Under the pieces are notes generated by a model. The model saw only the letters and a program-made list of their open reading frames with translations. It ran no database searches and had not been told where the DNA came from. A program made the translations under genes and the position numbers. Positions 36,306 through 41,067 of a DNA stretch of 41,067 nt are shown here, one piece after another. The DNA comes from a virus (Duplodnaviria > Caudoviricetes): positions 1 to 41,067 of IMG/VR virus record IMGVR_UViG_3300037308_000832; one strand, given 5' to 3'. Every line of letters begins with the position of its first letter. The stretch's first letter is position 1.

Positions 36306-36425
36306 ATGCTCAAGATCTACGAGAAGATTCTTTGCTATTTTATCGGCCCCGCCATTCTCATTCTAATCGGCTATCTGGCCATTATGTTGTTCGTTTACGT
36401 TATTGCCCGTCAGATAGGGCAATAA
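36306..36425 (+). CDS. Small membrane peptide (39 aa)
   Basis: MLKIYEKILCYFIGPAILILIGYLAIMLFVYVIARQIGQ. Confidence 0.4.
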   Translation: MLKIYEKILCYFIGPAILILIGYLAIMLFVYVIARQIGQ

Positions 36426-36461
36426 CATAGCGCCAGAGGCCGTAGAAGGCTCTGAGACGCA

Positions 36462-36506
36462 CAAAAAGGCCGCCCAGGTCATGTAGACCATAAGCGGCTT
36501 TTTTGT
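36462..36506. terminator. Bidirectional terminator
   Basis: AAAAAGGCCGC..GGTC-atgta-GACC..GCGGCTTTTTT between convergent units. Confidence 0.65.
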
Positions 36507-36527
36507 TCGTACGGAGGCGTATAAAGG

Positions 36528-36656
36528 CTATCTTTTTTGCCAATCAAAAAAACTACCAACGATCATGGCAAGGAATATCCAACCGAGAAAAGCGATCATA
36601 ACCATAGACGGCGCATCACTACCTTCCCCCGTGTTGGGGATGACGTAGTAAGGCAT
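36528..36656 (-). CDS. Small membrane peptide (42 aa)
   Basis: MPYYVIPNTGEGSDAPSMVMIAFLGWIFLAMIVGSFFDWQKR; tATG start. Confidence 0.45.
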   Translation of the reverse strand: MPYYVIPNTGEGSDAPSMVMIAFLGWIFLAMIVGSFFDWQKR

Positions 36657-36717
36657 AAGATGTGTGTAAAGCAACTACGAAGTCACCGAAAAAGGATTCC
36701 CGAGAGAAAATTTCGGC

Positions 36718-37035
36718 GGGCTGATGGCGTGCGCCGTATTCACCGCTGCCGCTGAGAACGAGATGGGGCATCGTTCGCATCGGTAGCAGCGGATAATCGT
36801 CATCCGGCCCGAGACCCTTGTGATTTTATGGCGGCCAAGGCTCTGATCCACCGCCGTTGCTTATTGTAGAGTAGTCCGCTGATTCCCGGCTCTGTTAGAG
36901 CGCGGGAGGCTCGGTCTTCACCCATCCCCCTTCAGGGACGGGAATCAACGGGCTTCTTCGCTGATTTGAGCGGGCGATCAATTGAGGGCAATTGATCGAG
37001 TGGGTCTAGAAACCACTGCTTCCCGCTTGAATCAG
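36718..37035 (+). ncRNA. Unassigned highly structured non-coding element
   Basis: Three large stem systems, including the perfect CGATCAATTG/CAATTGATCG. Confidence 0.45.
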
Positions 37036-37046
37036 GGAACAAACAT

Positions 37047-37178
37047 TCAAACGACAACGACAACTCCGCACAGGATCATACCAAGCAAAGCCAACAAGCA
37101 GCAACAGCCGTCGTCTTTATTCACGCCGAAGATCAGGAAGAGGATGATACAGACCAGGAGGGTTTTGCCGATGAGCAT
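37047..37178 (-). CDS. Small hydrophobic Cys-rich peptide (43 aa)
   Basis: MLIGKTLLVCIILFLIFGVNKDDGCCCLLALLGMILCGVVVVV. Confidence 0.45.
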   Translation of the reverse strand: MLIGKTLLVCIILFLIFGVNKDDGCCCLLALLGMILCGVVVVV

Positions 37179-37186
37179 ATAAACGA

Positions 37187-37271
37187 AAAATCTGCGGATA
37201 CCGTTCAGGGTGGGAACTCTTGTAAGAAACCACCCCTACTGGATACACGCAGATTTTGCGTTACAAGAGTT
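37187..37271 (-). promoter_or_regulatory. Leader hairpin with a loop complementary to upstream leader sequence (c4/CI-like architecture)
   Basis: AAAATCTGCG/CGCAGATTTT and GGGTGG/CCACCC stems; loop AACTCTTGTAA (37215-37225) is the reverse complement of 37261-37271. Confidence 0.55.
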
Positions 37272-37306
37272 TTCTGAATTTTCAACATCCCCATGTCGAT
37301 ATTACT

Positions 37307-37334
37307 AGTATACCATATTAAAGTAATTAGTCAA
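37307..37334 (-). promoter_or_regulatory. Sigma70-like promoter
   Basis: TTGACT-16 nt-TATACT with an extended TG on the minus strand. Confidence 0.65.
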
Positions 37335-37393
37335 GTACCCGTATTTACTGAAGGAAAAGGCCGGTTGTTGATAACCGACCTTTGGAGGAGGGA

Positions 37394-37567
37394 TCAGGGG
37401 TAGGGGTCTTGGGGTTCCGGCTCGATATACGCCGGGGGGTTGTAGACGGGATGGTCTTCTCGTTTGAAGGCCCAGCAGCACTCGGCCTCGCGGGTGTCCA
37501 TCCAGATGTCGGCGACGTAACAGAATTTCCCGCTCGGCGGCTTCCGTCGGCAGATGTCGCAGAGCAT
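37394..37567 (-). CDS. Small Cys-containing hypothetical protein (57 aa)
   Basis: MLCDICRRKPP..; GGAGG SD; alternative frame to the listed ORF 37345-37596. Confidence 0.5.
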   Translation of the reverse strand: MLCDICRRKPPSGKFCYVADIWMDTREAECCWAFKREDHPVYNPPAYIEPEPQDPYP

Positions 37568-37576
37568 TTGCCCTCC

Positions 37577-37768
37577 TTACCCGAAGAATCGGTCAAGCTC
37601 GAAAGCTACGTCCAGCCGCTTGCTCTCCGGACCGTCGATGTCGATGGTAAGGGAATTGAAGTCGATGACCGCAGTGCAACCATGCTTGTCGCAGATGTGA
37701 TTGATGATCTGCGCCAGCATCGCGTCCCGCATCGCTTTTTCACTGACGTGCTTACAGGTCACGTTCAT
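37577..37768 (-). CDS. Hypothetical protein
   Basis: AAGGAGG SD before ATG 37768; 63 aa. Confidence 0.65.
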   Translation of the reverse strand: MNVTCKHVSEKAMRDAMLAQIINHICDKHGCTAVIDFNSLTIDIDGPESKRLDVAFELDRFFG

Positions 37769-37822
37769 GGCGTCCTCCTTAGGCGGTATTGGACAAAATC
37801 GTAAATTGTCCAAAAGATGACG

Positions 37823-38140
37823 TTAATGAGTATTTGCAGTCTCTCCATGACACCCTCCGCAATGTCGGCACTCGCGAAACTTCCTTATCTCCTTTTCGCA
37901 GCAATTCTTATAAAAACAGGTCCGGCACCAGGCGGCGATATTGTCAAAACCGATGCACCAGCTTTGGCTACAGGTTTTGCAATGGAGTTTGTCGTTGGTA
38001 TCCGGGTCGGGCGGGAGCGAAGACAGGAAGATGGCGAGTGCCTTGAGTTCGGGTTGAAAAGAGCTTTTAACAACTGGACTTTTTCGATGTCGGCTCCGGC
38101 GGAGTTTTTTCCGTTCCTTCCTCGTCAGGAATCTGCACAA
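37823..38140 (-). CDS. Cys-rich hypothetical protein (start uncertain)
   Basis: CKTC, CRTC, NCC and CRHCGGC in the C-terminal half. Confidence 0.35.
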   Translation of the reverse strand: MCRFLTRKERKKLRRSRHRKSPVVKSSFQPELKALAIFLSSLPPDPDTNDKLHCKTCSQSWCIGFDNIAAWCRTCFYKNCCEKEIRKFRECRHCGGCHGETANTH

Positions 38141-38417
38141 AGTCGCCTCCTCTCAGGATGAAGTGGTACTCCTTGCTTTCGAAGATGTAGCCCCAACCGA
38201 GCAAAAGCAGGTGGCCGGGCGGCAGTCCGGGCGCCGTCCCCACGATCACGTAGGCGTTTTGCGGGTCGCCTTCACCGGTTCGCTGGTAGATGAGCATCGC
38301 CACTGATTCGGTCATCGGCACCATTCCGACGTTTTCGTAAAGTTCCGGGTTTCCGAATTGCGCCGGGTCGATCGGACCGGGCAATGCCAACGCGATCAAC
38401 AAGAATAGGGTTGCCAT
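38067..38417 (-). CDS. Putative secreted hypothetical protein
   Basis: AAGGAGG SD; hydrophobic N-terminus. Confidence 0.65.
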   Translation of the reverse strand: MATLFLLIALALPGPIDPAQFGNPELYENVGMVPMTESVAMLIYQRTGEGDPQNAYVIVGTAPGLPPGHLLLLGWGYIFESKEYHFILRGGDFVQIPDEEGTEKTPPEPTSKKSSC

Positions 38418-38502
38418 GACTTCCTCCTTTTGGTTTGAGTTCTCTCTACTTCTATTTTAACACATTCTTAACGATATCAGCGGCTTATGGTATGCTGTAG
38501 TT

Positions 38503-38883
38503 ATGAGGATAGTACTCGACAAAGCGGACTCGATATTCTCGAAGTACGTCCGGGAGCTGGCGGATAACCGGTGCGTCCGGTGCGGTGGCACGACGGGATT
38601 ACAGGCGTCGCATTACTTCGGGCGGGCGAAAGAGGGGACGAGGTTCGACCCGGACAACGTGGACTGCCTTTGCTACGGCTGTCACCAGTATTGGGGATCG
38701 ACGGACCGGGAGGCGTACCGCGCGTACAAGCTGAAGCAGCTGGGCGAGAACGGATTCAAGCTCTTACAGGCCAGGGCTTACGGCTACCACAAGAAGGACC
38801 GGAAGCTGGCGTACATCGTGTGGAGCGCCGCCTATAAGAAATTACTCCAAGAAAAGGAATCGCAGGGAAAGAACAGGCAATGA
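38503..38883 (+). CDS. NinG/Rap-like HNH-fold nuclease
   Basis: LDKADSIFSKYVR..CVRCG..ASHYFGR..RFDPDNV..LCYGCH. Confidence 0.8.
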   Translation: MRIVLDKADSIFSKYVRELADNRCVRCGGTTGLQASHYFGRAKEGTRFDPDNVDCLCYGCHQYWGSTDREAYRAYKLKQLGENGFKLLQARAYGYHKKDRKLAYIVWSAAYKKLLQEKESQGKNRQ

Positions 38884-39157
38884 CACCTCCGGGGGGCGCT
38901 AGTAATATGCGCTCAGAAAGGAGGTGATGAGAATGGGCGTCTTCAAGGAACTGATCAAAGAGGCGAAACGGCAGGTGTTCGAGATTCCGGCGTACAAGAC
39001 CGGCAAGAAGAAGAAGGGAAAGGGGGGCGGGTGAACCGTATACAAAGTCGTAAACGTCTGGCGGGAACCACGACGCAAACCGAAACATTACTCCGGCAAA
39101 TAGTCAACCATTTGAACGACATCAAACTGCTGCTCATCTATCTCATTAGGAGGCGCA

Positions 39158-39352
39158 ATGGATGAATTTGGGAAGACGGTCAAGGATAAGTACGACGCGA
39201 TCGAAAAACAGGAGGCGGCCGCCCGTCAGAAACTCGAAGCACTGGCGGCAGAGAAGGCGCCTCTATCGGCCTATCTCATCAAGGCAGGGATCATAAAGGC
39301 GAAGTCGAGGGCAAAGAGGAAGGCCGTAGCAGCGTCCACCGCTACGGCCTAA
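39158..39352 (+). CDS. Small basic coiled-coil protein
   Basis: GGAGG SD; 64 aa. Confidence 0.6.
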   Translation: MDEFGKTVKDKYDAIEKQEAAARQKLEALAAEKAPLSAYLIKAGIIKAKSRAKRKAVAASTATA

Positions 39353-39369
39353 CCACAGGGGCGGTGGTA

Positions 39370-39579
39370 TTAGGATGCCTCACGCTGTCCGAACCCGCCG
39401 CCCTTTTTCGGGCGCTTGGCCAATCGGTGCAACTCTTCCTCCAGAACGGTCCGGTCGGCGAACCATCGGCCGCCGAGCTTGAAGAAGCCGGGAAGCTCAC
39501 GCACGTGGGCGTAGACGAACTTCTCGGACATGTTCAGCAGCTGGGCGACCTCGCCGACGGAAAGGTAACGATGGTCCAT
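39370..39579 (-). CDS. Excisionase-like HTH_17 DNA-binding protein
   Basis: YLSVGEVAQLLNMSEKFVY..LPGFFKLGGRW; divergent from the integrase operon. Confidence 0.8.
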   Translation of the reverse strand: MDHRYLSVGEVAQLLNMSEKFVYAHVRELPGFFKLGGRWFADRTVLEEELHRLAKRPKKGGGFGQREAS

Positions 39580-39696
39580 AGACCCTCCTATGTACCACAA
39601 CTACCTTGTCCATCCAGATTTTGAGAGAGCGCAAACCCGACCACCAAAAGCGTCCCTATAATGGATGTTCCTTACAATTAACGAAAGGAGAAATCA

Positions 39697-39927
39697 ATGG
39701 CCAAAGACCTGAAGGAGCTGAAGGAGTTAATTAAGGACGCGGACAAGTTGGTCATTCAGATGAGCGACACCGCCGAACAGATGATCAAATGCAACATGAT
39801 GCTGGTGACCTACTTACATCGATTCGCCACGTTTTTGTCGAAAGGAGATGACGATGAACAGGACCTTCGTAGAAAACCTGCTGCGGCGCGCCAATCAAAT
39901 AAAGGCCGAAAACGAAGTGATCATTGA
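39697..39927 (+). CDS. Hypothetical protein
   Basis: AAGGAG SD; helical 76 aa. Confidence 0.55.
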   Translation: MAKDLKELKELIKDADKLVIQMSDTAEQMIKCNMMLVTYLHRFATFLSKGDDDEQDLRRKPAAARQSNKGRKRSDH

Positions 39928-39960
39928 AGAACTGACGGGCTTACTGGAAGGAGATGACAG

Positions 39961-40902
39961 ATGCCTTGCTATGAACGTCGGGTCAGAAGAGGTGACCGGT
40001 ACTGGTTTAGCGGTCAGTACCTCGGGACGCGTTATCATTCGAAGGCCATCTACCGCAGCAAGCGGGAATGCCAGCAAGCGGAGCGCGAGAAGCTTAAAGA
40101 GATCGAGGAGCGGGCGAAGCACCCGGACCAGGTCCCGTTGAAACAGGTGATGGACGAGCGGATGGCGACCCTCAAGAAACACCACTCCAAGTTCTACCAC
40201 GACCGGACGGACCGGCATTTCAAACTGTTTCGGGACTTCATCGGCGACGTGTTCGTCGGCCAGGTCACCCGAGCGCAGGTCCAACAATTCATGAACGACC
40301 TGGCGGCCGACCTGCAGTCGCGGAAAAAGGACCTCTGGACGGCCAACGCCTGCATCCGGGAATTGAAGGCGCTGTTCAACTACGCCATCGACACCTACGA
40401 GCTGAACATCAGGAACCCGGTCAAGGGCATCCGGCACTTTCCCGTGAACAGCGTCGCCAAGTACATCCCGACGGACATCGAGATCGCGGCGGTCCGGCAG
40501 TTCATCGCCGGCGAGCAGAAGCTCCTGTTCGACTTCGTGGAGGAGACCGGCTGCCGGATCATGGAGGCCATCCGCTTGACGTGGGAGGACGTTGACGGTC
40601 AGTTCGTCACCCTCTACACCCGGAAGGCCAAGAACCAGAACCTCACCAGCCGGAAAATTCCCACGCCTGATTGTTTGAAGGCGGTGTCCCGAACGAACGG
40701 CAAGGTATTCACCGGCTACCACGCCTATCCGCGTTTCCTGGAAACGCTGACCCAGCGGTTCAGCTGGCACTCGCTCCGGCATCGGCGGGCCTCGATCTGG
40801 GCGAACGAGGGGATGACCTTGCTTGAGATCATGCACCGGCTCGGTCATTCGAACATCGAAACTACCCAGCGGTACCTGCAATTGCTGGGCTACCGGAGGT
40901 GA
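39961..40902 (+). CDS. int: Tyrosine recombinase/integrase
   Basis: TGCRIMEA, RKAK, HSLRH, LGHSN and TQRY catalytic residues; N-terminal arm-binding-like region. Confidence 0.93.
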   Translation: MPCYERRVRRGDRYWFSGQYLGTRYHSKAIYRSKRECQQAEREKLKEIEERAKHPDQVPLKQVMDERMATLKKHHSKFYHDRTDRHFKLFRDFIGDVFVGQVTRAQVQQFMNDLAADLQSRKKDLWTANACIRELKALFNYAIDTYELNIRNPVKGIRHFPVNSVAKYIPTDIEIAAVRQFIAGEQKLLFDFVEETGCRIMEAIRLTWEDVDGQFVTLYTRKAKNQNLTSRKIPTPDCLKAVSRTNGKVFTGYHAYPRFLETLTQRFSWHSLRHRRASIWANEGMTLLEIMHRLGHSNIETTQRYLQLLGYRR

Positions 40903-40905
40903 GCC

Positions 40906-41067
40906 ATGCTGAAGATAGACATCAAGACGCTCCCCATCGTCATGAAGCTCATCGCCGACTTCAAGCGGGTGAAAATCGACATGAAGATACTGGAGGCCAT
41001 CCGGGTGGACGACCAGACCATCCGGCTGATGATCGAGGTGAAGGAGCCGCCGAGAGTGCTGCATTGA
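40906..41067 (+). CDS. Hypothetical protein (53 aa)
   Basis: GGAGG SD; ORF ends at the last base of the window. Confidence 0.55.
   Translation: MLKIDIKTLPIVMKLIADFKRVKIDMKILEAIRVDDQTIRLMIEVKEPPRVLH

Larger units (their letters stand above)
1..41067. mobile_element. Temperate podovirus-like phage/prophage carrying a relaxase-coupling protein module; true boundaries and att sites not seen
   Basis: Terminase, portal, scaffold, capsid, tail, lysis, integrase and excisionase genes in phage-like order; no host housekeeping genes in the window. Confidence 0.9.

Noticed and set aside
39895-41064. Long antisense ORFs (also 16128-17054, 29638-30585, 32717-33739 and others)
   Set aside because: Shadow frames of GC3-rich genes on the opposite strand, with no recognisable motifs

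Overview
A ~41 kb temperate, podovirus-like (P22/T7-type gene order) tailed-phage genome or prophage. The core looks like a phage of CPR/Patescibacteria; this is inference from family recall and from SD-less tATG starts. Left to right it carries: a BamHI-like type II R-M pair; an early/recombination region (RHH regulator, Sak4-like ATPase, PD-(D/E)XK exonuclease, SSB-like protein, amber-interrupted NinB-like gene, lytic transglycosylase, tRNA-like element); terminase, portal, scaffold, capsid, tail and ejection genes; a C1-peptidase lysis cassette; a collagen-like fibre plus GT2/methyltransferase; NinG; an excisionase and a tyrosine integrase. The most striking feature is a plasmid-style mobilisation layout built into the phage. 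It comprises a Replic_Relax (MOBC-like) relaxase and a VirD4/TraD-like ATPase next to an oriT-like inverted repeat, and, on the other side of that repeat, ardC and parB cassettes. Each cassette sits behind a paralogous ~140-150 nt hairpin that would form an Frpo-type single-stranded-DNA promoter only when the minus strand folds. Also notable: a promoter/terminator-bounded ~200 nt structured RNA before a catalytically degenerate DnaG homologue, morphogenesis proteins with signal or lipoprotein peptides, and two different translation-initiation styles in one genome. All calls come from reading motifs by eye; no database searches or folding programs were run.
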